From positions 3,519-67,518 of the forward strand of contig JAZQIZ010000031.1 of the NCBI GenBank assembly GCA_045541395.1: DNA of 64,000 nt. The letters are read 5' to 3'. Of the stretch, positions 36,079-44,480 are shown piece by piece. Source of the stretch: Eubacteriales bacterium (lineage in GTDB: Bacteria; Bacillota; Clostridia; Oscillospirales; UMGS1783). Positions within the stretch are counted from its first letter, which is position 1. Every line of letters begins with the position of its first letter. The position numbers and the translations under genes are program-made. The notes beneath the pieces were generated by a model. The model worked only from the letters and a program-made list of their open reading frames with translations. It did not search any database and was not told the origin of the DNA.

Positions 36079-38106
36079 TTAGTCTTCCCTGCCTAAAGAA
36101 GCGGGAGTAATAGAGAAGGTGTTGGATATACCGTCTCTGGAATAATCGTAAGGGATCTTTGCAACAGATTCAAGGGAAGCCAAAGCACCGTTGCAGTCTC
36201 TGCCGTGCATGGGGTTAGCACCGGGAGCCAAGGGTTCGCCTGCCTTACGACCGTCGGGTGTGTTGCCGGTATTTTTACCGTAAACAACGTTAGAGGTTAT
36301 AGTAAGGATAGAGGTGGTGGGGATAGAGTTTCTGTAGGTGTAATGAGAGCGGATCTTTTTCATAAATCTCTTTACAATATCTACAGCGATCTCATCTACT
36401 CTATCGTCATTATTGCCGTATTTAGGATACTCGCCTTCGATGTTATAGTCTACAACGATACCGTCCTCATTACGAACGGGGTAAACGGTTGCATACTTAA
36501 TAGCGGAAAGTGAGTCAGCCGCGCAGGAAAGACCTGCAATACCTGTAGCAAAGAAGCGGCGAACTTCGCTGTCATGGAGGGCCATTTCAATTGCTTCGTA
36601 GCTGTATTTATCATGCATATAATGGATGGTATTGAGGGTATTAACGTAAAGGCCTGCAAGCCATTCCATTATATTATCAAACTTAGCCATAACCTCGTTA
36701 TAATCAAGCTTATCATTGGAAACGATGGCCTGATATTCGGGGGAAACCTGTAAGGGTTTGCCGCTCGGATCCTTAACGATCTCATCCTTACCGCCGTTGA
36801 TAGCGTAAAGGAGAGCCTTTGCAAGGTTTGCTCTTGCGCCGAAGAACTGCATATCCTTACCTATTCTCATACAGCTTACGCAGCAGGCAATGCCGTAATC
36901 GTCACCCATTTCGGGACGCATAAGCTCATCACTTTCATACTGGATAGAGGAGGTTTTAATAGATATTTCTGCGCAGAACTTCTTGAAGGCTGCAGGGAGC
37001 TTCTTGGACCATAAAACCGTAAGGTTGGGCTCGGGAGCGGGGCCTAAGTTTACGAGGGTGTGGAGAGTACGGAAGGAGTTCTTGGTAACAAGAGTTCTGC
37101 CGTCAACACCCATACCGCCGATCGCTTCGGTTACCCAGGTAGGGTCACCGGAGAAGAGGGCGTTATATTCCTTGGTTCTCATAAACTTAACTATTCTCAG
37201 CTTCATAATGAAGTGATCCATAAGTTCCTGAGCTTCCTCTTCGGTGATAACACCGTTTTCAAGGTCTCTCTCAATGTAAATATCAAGGAAGGTGGAGGTT
37301 CTGCCGATAGACATAGCCGCGCCGTTCTGATCCTTTATAGCTCCTAAATAGCCAAAGTAAAGGAACTGAATAGCTTCCTTGGCGTTTTTAGCAGGCTTGG
37401 AGATATCATAACCGTAAGCTGCAGCCATTTCCTTTAAGCCTTTAAGAGCCTTGATCTGCTCGGCAAGCTCTTCACGGTCACGGATCTTATCGGCAAACAT
37501 TTCGCCGCCAAGCTGCAATTTATCTTCTTCCTTTTTCCGAATAAGGTAATCAACACCGTAAAGGGCAACTCTTCTGTAGTCGCCGATGATTCTGCCGCGG
37601 CCGTAGGCATCGGGCAGGCCGGTAAGAATATGAGACTTTCTTGCAAGGCGCATTTCGGGAGTGTATACGTCAAACACGCCGTCATTATGAGTCTTTCTGT
37701 ATTTGGTGAAGATCTCGGTTACCTTAGGGCTGATCTCAAATCCGTACATATTAAGAGCGCCGGTAGACATTTTAATACCGCCGAAGGGCTGCAAAGAACG
37801 CTTAAAGGGAGCGTCTGTCTGAACGCCGACGATTTTTTCAAGGGATTTATCAAGGTAGCCGGGGCCGTGGCTTGTTAGGGTGGATATTATTTCGGTATCC
37901 GCATCAAGCACGCCGCCTGCTTCTCTTTCTTTTTTGGTAAGGTCACAAACCATATCCCAGAGCTTTTTGGTGGCTTCGGTAGCGCCTGCAAGGAAGCTGC
38001 CGTCACCCTCATAAGGAGTATAGTTTTTCTGAATAAAATCTCTTACTTCTACTTCATCATTGCTCCACTTACCGGGAGTGAAGCCTTCCCATTCGTTGTA
38101 CCACAT
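36079..38106 (-). CDS. pflB: pyruvate formate-lyase, large catalytic piece lacking the glycyl-radical domain
   Basis: 675 aa, collinear with PflB from the N-terminus ([14 protein letters not shown]) through the active-site [12 protein letters not shown] to ...[10 protein letters not shown]. It ends in TAA-TAA. Confidence 0.9.
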   Translation of the reverse strand: MWYNEWEGFTPGKWSNDEVEVRDFIQKNYTPYEGDGSFLAGATEATKKLWDMVCDLTKKEREAGGVLDADTEIISTLTSHGPGYLDKSLEKIVGVQTDAPFKRSLQPFGGIKMSTGALNMYGFEISPKVTEIFTKYRKTHNDGVFDVYTPEMRLARKSHILTGLPDAYGRGRIIGDYRRVALYGVDYLIRKKEEDKLQLGGEMFADKIRDREELAEQIKALKGLKEMAAAYGYDISKPAKNAKEAIQFLYFGYLGAIKDQNGAAMSIGRTSTFLDIYIERDLENGVITEEEAQELMDHFIMKLRIVKFMRTKEYNALFSGDPTWVTEAIGGMGVDGRTLVTKNSFRTLHTLVNLGPAPEPNLTVLWSKKLPAAFKKFCAEISIKTSSIQYESDELMRPEMGDDYGIACCVSCMRIGKDMQFFGARANLAKALLYAINGGKDEIVKDPSGKPLQVSPEYQAIVSNDKLDYNEVMAKFDNIMEWLAGLYVNTLNTIHYMHDKYSYEAIEMALHDSEVRRFFATGIAGLSCAADSLSAIKYATVYPVRNEDGIVVDYNIEGEYPKYGNNDDRVDEIAVDIVKRFMKKIRSHYTYRNSIPTTSILTITSNVVYGKNTGNTPDGRKAGEPLAPGANPMHGRDCNGALASLESVAKIPYDYSRDGISNTFSITPASLGRED

Positions 38107-38136
38107 ATATCGTTTCTCCTATCTTTTAAAGGGATA

Positions 38137-38451
38137 TTAACCCTTATGTTCTTCTAATTTTGCATCCAGCCAAAATTCAAAGATCTCTTCAGGCTGATAG
38201 CCTGTTGCTTTTGCGAAGGGCACGCCGTTATCCGTAAGAAGCACTGTAGGCACTCTGTCAACCTCAAAATGCTCCAACAGCTCCATATTTTCGGGGGCCG
38301 CTTCTATATGTTTTAAAACAAAGTCGGTTCTTTTCTTGGCAATGGCGCCTAAGAGGTTCATCATGGAAATGCAGTTTGCACAGCCCTGGCCGCTTACCTC
38401 CACAACGCAGATGCCCGAAAGCTCCTGTTTGTAATTTTCCAAAGTTATCAT
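38137..38451 (-). CDS. thioredoxin-fold protein with CxxC (GCANC)
   Basis: 104 aa. VEVSGQGCANCISM...VDRVPTVLL pattern of the thioredoxin fold. Its ATG overlaps the pflA stop (ATGA). Confidence 0.65.
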   Translation of the reverse strand: MITLENYKQELSGICVVEVSGQGCANCISMMNLLGAIAKKRTDFVLKHIEAAPENMELLEHFEVDRVPTVLLTDNGVPFAKATGYQPEEIFEFWLDAKLEEHKG

Positions 38452-39182
38452 TTTATTATACCCAAAATCTCCTTTGCCCTGTATACTTCTTCCTTGGTTG
38501 GAGTGGGAATACCCTTAAGGGGATATTCCATACCAAGCTTTTCGTATTTCACCTGACCGAGGGTATGATAAGGCAAAAGCTCTATTTTTTCAACGCAGCT
38601 GAGGGACGCCGCAAATTCTGCAATAGAACGCAGATGCTCCTCACTGTCGGTAATTCCGGGGACAAGCACGTGACGAAGCCACATTTTCTTGCCTGCAGAG
38701 TTAAGAAGCCTTGCAAATTCCAGAATATTTTCATTGCCTTCGCCTGTAAGCCACTTATGCTGCACGGGATCCATATGCTTTATATCCAAAAGAAACAGAT
38801 CGGTATTGGCTATAAGCGTTTCATAGTTATGCAGTTCTTCCGGCTTAAAGCCACCGCCTGAGGTATCAAGGCAGGTATGAACCTTATTTTTTTTGAGTAT
38901 CCTGAATAACTCAGCTACTGCTTTTGCCTGCAGAAGGGGTTCCCCTCCCGAAACGGTAACACCGCCGCTTGCAATATAATTTTTATAACGCAGGACCTGC
39001 ACCGAAACCTCTTTGGGAGTAAGCTTTCTTCCCTCTTCCATATTCCAGGTATCGGGATTGTGGCAGTATTTGCATCTTAACGGACAGCCCTTTAAAAATA
39101 CCACAAAACGGATACCGGGCCCGTCCACCGTGCCGAAGGTTTCAAAAGAATGAATTTTAAGTTTTAAAATTTCCTCCGCCAC
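38448..39182 (-). CDS. pflA: pyruvate formate-lyase activating enzyme (radical SAM)
   Basis: FGTVDGPGIRFVVFLKGCPLRCKYCHNPDTW (CxxxCxxC) and GGVTVSGGEPLLQ. Confidence 0.9.
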   Translation of the reverse strand: MAEEILKLKIHSFETFGTVDGPGIRFVVFLKGCPLRCKYCHNPDTWNMEEGRKLTPKEVSVQVLRYKNYIASGGVTVSGGEPLLQAKAVAELFRILKKNKVHTCLDTSGGGFKPEELHNYETLIANTDLFLLDIKHMDPVQHKWLTGEGNENILEFARLLNSAGKKMWLRHVLVPGITDSEEHLRSIAEFAASLSCVEKIELLPYHTLGQVKYEKLGMEYPLKGIPTPTKEEVYRAKEILGIIK

Positions 39183-39247
39183 TGTCCCTCACCTCTCATT
39201 ATATTTTATCATCTTTTGGGTTTTTCGTCAACCAAAAAGCCGAATAA

Positions 39248-39973
39248 TTAATGACGAATTATACGAAGTTCTTTGTTATATTTAACAATATATCTTGCCA
39301 GTTCCTTGTAGTCCTTTATATTGGCAGGGAGCCACATACCCGAACGGCAGGCGGTATTAAAGGCGTGAGCGTCACTGCCGCCTGTAAGGGCTTTGCCCCT
39401 ATGCCTTTTTGCGGCCTTTAAAGCGGCAGCGTTATGGTTATATTCTTCGCCTGAACCGTTATATACTTCATAGCCGTCAAGAAGGCGGGCGGGCATCATT
39501 TCAAGGTAATCCCGCATTGGGTGAGCCTGAATAAGAGGCAGATCCTCTTCTTTTGTGATCCTTCTGAGCTTATTTAAGGAGTAGGTATGGATCATAGGGT
39601 ATTTTAAAAGAAACTCCTCGTCGGCACCCCAGATAAGATAATCCTCCGCACCGTCCTGCAAACAAAGCTCCACTCCGGGAAATACGGTTATGCCAATTCT
39701 GTCTCCCTCGGTCTTAGCGGCTCTGTAGCCTGCCTCATAGCGGTACACGAATTCTTCCCAGCTTATATTAAGGCGGTTCCAATCGCCGCCTTCGGGGGCG
39801 CAAAGGCGCTCGAAAGTGAATTTATTCATATGGTCGGTTATAAAAAGGCCGCCGTACTGAGACTGATAATAAAATCTGACCATCTGCTCCGCAGGGATCT
39901 GGGCGCAGCAGCTGACCTGATTGGTATGAACGTGAAGATCAAAGGGTGTACAGCCCTTTTCATCCAATAACAT
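39248..39973 (-). CDS. PHP-domain metal-dependent phosphoesterase
   Basis: FDLHVHT motif at the N-terminus. Start moved to the ATG at 39973 (GGGGAGG ribosome-binding site). The upstream 87 codons of the track ORF have no support. Confidence 0.65.
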   Translation of the reverse strand: MLLDEKGCTPFDLHVHTNQVSCCAQIPAEQMVRFYYQSQYGGLFITDHMNKFTFERLCAPEGGDWNRLNISWEEFVYRYEAGYRAAKTEGDRIGITVFPGVELCLQDGAEDYLIWGADEEFLLKYPMIHTYSLNKLRRITKEEDLPLIQAHPMRDYLEMMPARLLDGYEVYNGSGEEYNHNAAALKAAKRHRGKALTGGSDAHAFNTACRSGMWLPANIKDYKELARYIVKYNKELRIIRH

Positions 39974-40154
39974 AAAAACGCCTCCCCTGTACGTTAATAT
40001 ATCCTGTTCAGGACATACAGTATACCATAAGCGGGCGCTACTGTCAACGGAGCGCAGAGGCGGTAAAATTATAATTTTATTAACAATTTTAATGTTTACA
40101 ATTACATTTTTTGGAGATATAATAATTGAAGAATAAAGAAGGAGGCGCTTAAAA

Positions 40155-41045
40155 ATGGGCAGAAGAATGTTACTTATAATTAACCCTAAGGCCGGTACGC
40201 AGGGTTCTTCCCGCGGGATATTTTCTATGGCCAACGTCTTTTGCGCGGCAGGGTTAGAGCTTACCTTAAGGGTGACCCAGGCTAAAGACGATGCTTTTCA
40301 CACCGTTAAAAACACCGGCGCCGAATTTGACTATATTGTTTGTTCCGGCGGAGACGGTACTTTAAACGAGGTTATTTCGGGGCTTATGACTTTAGAAAAG
40401 CAACCTCTTTTAGGCTATATACCCAGCGGCTCCACCAACGATTTTGCTTCCAATTTAGGTCTTATAAAAAATGATTACAAGGGCGGCGCAAAAAGGATAG
40501 TAAAGGGTGCACCTAAAGCTATAGATATCGGCGCAATTGAAAACAGATATTTCAGCTACGTGGCCTCTTTCGGAGCTTTTACCTCTATTACCTACACCAC
40601 TCCTCAGACCTACAAGAACGTTTTGGGAAGAATGGCGTATTTTCTTGCGGCGCCTAAGGATATTGCATCTATCCGACCTTACAAGCTGAAGGTTACCGAC
40701 AAAAACGGCAACGTAACCGAAGGCGAATATATTTTCGGCTGCGTAGCCAACACCCTTTCCATGGCGGGAATACTTAACCTTGACGGACTTAAGGTCAATT
40801 TAGACGACGGGGTATTTGAATGTTTGCTTGTGAAAGTGCCTCATAACGCTTTGGAGCTTAACGAGATAGTTACGGCCCTTGTGACACAGGATTTTAACTG
40901 CCCTTATTTTGACATTATAAAAAGTTCTGTCTTTGATTTTGAATTTGAAGAAAGCGTTAACTGGACTATCGACGGGGAGCACGGAGCATTTGGGGAAAAG
41001 GTAAGTATCAAGGCCCTTAACAAGGCAATAAAAATAGTAATATAA
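40155..41045 (+). CDS. diacylglycerol/lipid kinase (YegS/DagK family)
   Basis: LLIINPKAG...VCSGGDGTLNEV...GSTNDFA motifs. Confidence 0.85.
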   Translation: MGRRMLLIINPKAGTQGSSRGIFSMANVFCAAGLELTLRVTQAKDDAFHTVKNTGAEFDYIVCSGGDGTLNEVISGLMTLEKQPLLGYIPSGSTNDFASNLGLIKNDYKGGAKRIVKGAPKAIDIGAIENRYFSYVASFGAFTSITYTTPQTYKNVLGRMAYFLAAPKDIASIRPYKLKVTDKNGNVTEGEYIFGCVANTLSMAGILNLDGLKVNLDDGVFECLLVKVPHNALELNEIVTALVTQDFNCPYFDIIKSSVFDFEFEESVNWTIDGEHGAFGEKVSIKALNKAIKIVI

Positions 41046-41060
41046 AAACAGCAGGAAAAG

Positions 41061-41318
41061 TTACCTGCTGTTTTTATTTGAGTAGGGGTTTTTATTTTCC
41101 CTGTATTCCTCCTCTTTGGTGGGCTTTGGCAAAGAGGAAAAGAAGGTTATTACAATAAGCCTTACTGCAATATAGGCTACCCATGCCCCGAGGGCAATGA
41201 AGGTCCATTTAAGAGGGATATGAAAAACGAAGTGGAGGGTAAGCAAAACAAGGGCAAAAACAAGGCCCCACAAATTAAGAGCAAGATTTAAAAGAAGGTT
41301 TTTTAAGAAATTTTTCAT
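41061..41318 (-). CDS. small membrane protein
   Basis: 85 aa with two hydrophobic helices and a charged C-terminal tail. Confidence 0.45.
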   Translation of the reverse strand: MKNFLKNLLLNLALNLWGLVFALVLLTLHFVFHIPLKWTFIALGAWVAYIAVRLIVITFFSSLPKPTKEEEYRENKNPYSNKNSR

Positions 41319-41401
41319 TTTACCGCTCCTTACTGTTACTTAGGCTATAATACCATTATTTTATTATTATTTCAACAATAAAGAAATTAGGCCCAAGCGT
41401 A

Positions 41402-41429
41402 TTGACTTTGGTTTGTAATTTGCTATAAT
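41402..41429 (+). promoter_or_regulatory. sigma-A type promoter (TTGACT-16-TGcTATAAT)
   Basis: TTGACT at 41402-41407 and an extended -10 ending at 41429. AAAGGAGG ribosome-binding site before the ATG at 41453. Confidence 0.5.
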
Positions 41430-41452
41430 CAATTTCAAAGGAGGCGCTTATT

Positions 41453-43606
41453 ATGTATACGGTAAAAACACTTGATACTACGGTTATCTTTAATTATGAA
41501 GACGGAATAGTTTTAAAAAGCATTTTATTAAACGGCACCGAGAGGGCTGTTGAGCATAAAATTGCTTTACCCAAAAAATATATTTGCGATGCTTATAACC
41601 TTGCAATGCCGGACCTTCAGCCTTCCCGTTCGGGGGATATGAAGTTATTTAACTGGGCTTTTCACAGCGCAAGGCAAACCGAAAACGGTTTTGATATTTT
41701 GCTTATAGATAAATATGCAAAATGCCGCTATTTATTTAAGGCCAAAGGCAGAACAGATATTGCAGGGCCTGTTGAAATAAGCGGTGTACTTACAAACACC
41801 GGCCATTATAACGTAAGGGTTGTACCCGAAAACATTTTCTCTGCCCATTTTAAATTTGAAGGGGAATTAAACACCTTCCACGTAATGAAGGAAAGCGGTG
41901 TTGCAGAGAACGTTAAATGGCACCTTGACGAAAAGATCTTCTTCCCCGGCACAGGCATTTATGAAAAGGAGCTTACGGACGAGCATTTTATTTGGACCTC
42001 CACCAATCAGGATTTTAACTCCGGCGGTATGATACCTATTATGTATTTAACTCAGCCTCAGTGCGGCGCTTACCTTGCACTTGAATGGACTTCCTGCAGA
42101 ATATTTGCAAAGAAAACAGAAGAAGGCGCCATTCTTTGGGCTGATCTGAGAGAGGATTTTTCCACAAACCTTAAGCCGGGCAAGGCGTTTTACATACCGC
42201 CTATGTATTTAGGCGCGTATGAAGGGGATCTTGATGACGGCTCCAATATATTTAAGCGCTGGTTTTTCCTTGAAAAGACACCCAAGAGCTTTCTTAACGA
42301 TGAAAACGAGCCCTATACCCAGATGGATATGCAGCTTGATCTGAACGTTGAAGGGCTTGGAGTACAGTCTATTAAATGGGACTACGGCTGGTGGGGTGCC
42401 GATGAGCACAAGATACCCACCCCTAAGGATGACGGCGGCAACTACGATATCTGGAAGTACTACGAGGGCTCCTGGAAACTGAGAAGTCAGGGGATGAAGG
42501 AAGCTTTGGAGCGTATGGGCTGTAAGGATATGGCCGAGTTTGGCAAAAAGCTTAAAGAAGCAGGGCTTCTTAACTGGACCACTTACGTGCTTTTACACGA
42601 CAGCATGCAGGCCCTTTCTTTGGGAGACGAGCTTACTTCTGTTGGCGCCAACGCTCATCCCGAATGGTTTACAGGCCGCCTTATCGGTGACCGTTGCCCT
42701 ACTGCAGACCTTGGTAACGAGGAATGTGTTGAATATTTAAAGCGCAAGCTTTACGAGTACTTTACTGAAAACAACGTTGATACCTGGCGAAGCGATTTTG
42801 AGCCTATTGCCCGTTCCTCCGACAAGGCCAACCGCCACGACCCCAACGGCACCGACGTACAGTATTGGTGCTCTGTAGGCTTTTACGAGCTGGTGGATTA
42901 TCTTATAGAGAACATCCCCGGATTCCGTTACGAAAGCTGTTCTTCAGGCGGCTCTATGAAGGATTACGCCACTATGCACCGCACCTGCGCTTTTAATAAT
43001 GACGATTCTTCCAACTACGCAAGCTTGCGCACCACCTTCTACGATTCCACCTACTGCTTCCCTCCCGCACAGCTGCAGGCGCCCACCAACCCGGATACCT
43101 GCTGCCCCGACAGCGAAAAGTTTTACCAGGGAGTGGGCAACAAGGATCTTGGCTTCAGAGCACTTATTATGGGCGGTGTAATGTTAGGCTCCTGGAGCGG
43201 CGCTATTGACCACAAGGAGTTCCATTACAACCTTAAGGAATACTATAAAGAATACCTTAACCTTCATAACGAGAAGGTTAAGCATCTTATAAGGCACGCC
43301 AACCTTTACCATATACTGCCCCGACCCGACCATATTCACTGGGACGGACTTCAGTACGGTATGGATACGGTTCCAGAAAACAAAATTTGCGGCGCTTCCT
43401 TCTTATTTAAGCCTACAAAGGAAGCGGGGGTTACAAAGCATATTCCTGTTCGAGGCCTTAACCCCGGCATTACCTATTCCTGCGAATTTTACGAACATAA
43501 AGACCAAAGCTTTACCGCCACAGGAAAGGAGCTTTTGGAAAAGGGCTTTGATATTACAATTAACGAAGACTGCGGCAGCGATATTGTATTCTTTGTTGCA
43601 AAATAA
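41453..43606 (+). CDS. cytoplasmic GH36-like glycoside hydrolase
   Basis: No signal peptide. Motifs IKWDYGWWG, TWRSDFEP, ESCSSGGSMKD and AFNNDDSS are in GH36 order. Confidence 0.6.
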   Translation: MYTVKTLDTTVIFNYEDGIVLKSILLNGTERAVEHKIALPKKYICDAYNLAMPDLQPSRSGDMKLFNWAFHSARQTENGFDILLIDKYAKCRYLFKAKGRTDIAGPVEISGVLTNTGHYNVRVVPENIFSAHFKFEGELNTFHVMKESGVAENVKWHLDEKIFFPGTGIYEKELTDEHFIWTSTNQDFNSGGMIPIMYLTQPQCGAYLALEWTSCRIFAKKTEEGAILWADLREDFSTNLKPGKAFYIPPMYLGAYEGDLDDGSNIFKRWFFLEKTPKSFLNDENEPYTQMDMQLDLNVEGLGVQSIKWDYGWWGADEHKIPTPKDDGGNYDIWKYYEGSWKLRSQGMKEALERMGCKDMAEFGKKLKEAGLLNWTTYVLLHDSMQALSLGDELTSVGANAHPEWFTGRLIGDRCPTADLGNEECVEYLKRKLYEYFTENNVDTWRSDFEPIARSSDKANRHDPNGTDVQYWCSVGFYELVDYLIENIPGFRYESCSSGGSMKDYATMHRTCAFNNDDSSNYASLRTTFYDSTYCFPPAQLQAPTNPDTCCPDSEKFYQGVGNKDLGFRALIMGGVMLGSWSGAIDHKEFHYNLKEYYKEYLNLHNEKVKHLIRHANLYHILPRPDHIHWDGLQYGMDTVPENKICGASFLFKPTKEAGVTKHIPVRGLNPGITYSCEFYEHKDQSFTATGKELLEKGFDITINEDCGSDIVFFVAK

Positions 43607-43617
43607 GGAGAGCTATT

Positions 43618-44370
43618 ATGAAAGTTTATGATGACAGCAAGTATATTAACCCCGATACCCTGCACCTTTTTGCAAACACCAACGAGAAGTTTCTTGAAGG
43701 TGAAATTAAGGGTATTGTTGTAGAACTGCCGGGCCTGGGCGGTGGCTCCTGCCTTGGGGGCCTTATGGATTTTATGGATTATGACACCTATTACACCAAG
43801 GATTTTGCAAAGTGCGGAATAATTGTGGCTTATATGTTCCCCGGGCCCTGGAGCTGGGGCAACAAGGCCGCTATAAGATATACCGATGCGGTTGTAAGAG
43901 CCATAAAAGCAAAGTACAATTTAGGCGAAGATACTCCCCTTGTTGTATGCGGCGGCAGTATGGGCGGCGTTGGCGCTCTTATGTATGCGGCAGATACTAC
44001 CCTTAGGCTTACAGCCTGTGCAGCGGCCTGCCCTTGCATTGACAATATAGACTGTCTTGACTCTAACCCTGCTTTCCCCCGCACCTACCTTAGCGCCGCA
44101 TTTATGTATGATATGGATGCAACCGAGGCGTTAAAAGCCTTTTCGCCCATATACAGAGTTGAGGATATGCCCGATATTCCTTACTTTATTTCCAACGACG
44201 GCGAAGATGAGGTCTTCCCTGAGGCTCAGTGCGATGCATATGTTGAGAAGCTGAGAGAGAAGGGCCTTAACGTTGAGTATAAGCCTCAGCCCGGCCTTAA
44301 ACACGGCGACTTTTACCCTGAGGTTCGCCTCGAGCTTCACAGCTTTATTAAAAATCAGATTTTAAATTAA
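43618..44370 (+). CDS. alpha/beta-hydrolase esterase
   Basis: Nucleophile elbow GGSMGG and a C-terminal LKHGDF region with a candidate His. Sits between the two cytoplasmic GH36-like genes. Confidence 0.65.
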   Translation: MKVYDDSKYINPDTLHLFANTNEKFLEGEIKGIVVELPGLGGGSCLGGLMDFMDYDTYYTKDFAKCGIIVAYMFPGPWSWGNKAAIRYTDAVVRAIKAKYNLGEDTPLVVCGGSMGGVGALMYAADTTLRLTACAAACPCIDNIDCLDSNPAFPRTYLSAAFMYDMDATEALKAFSPIYRVEDMPDIPYFISNDGEDEVFPEAQCDAYVEKLREKGLNVEYKPQPGLKHGDFYPEVRLELHSFIKNQILN

Positions 44371-44480
44371 AATTAAGCCCTTCTTAAAGGAGGGCTTTTT
44401 GCATTAATCTATTGATTTATTTAATTGGATTATGGTACAATAAACTAAATACTGATATATATTTTTAAGGAGATACATAT

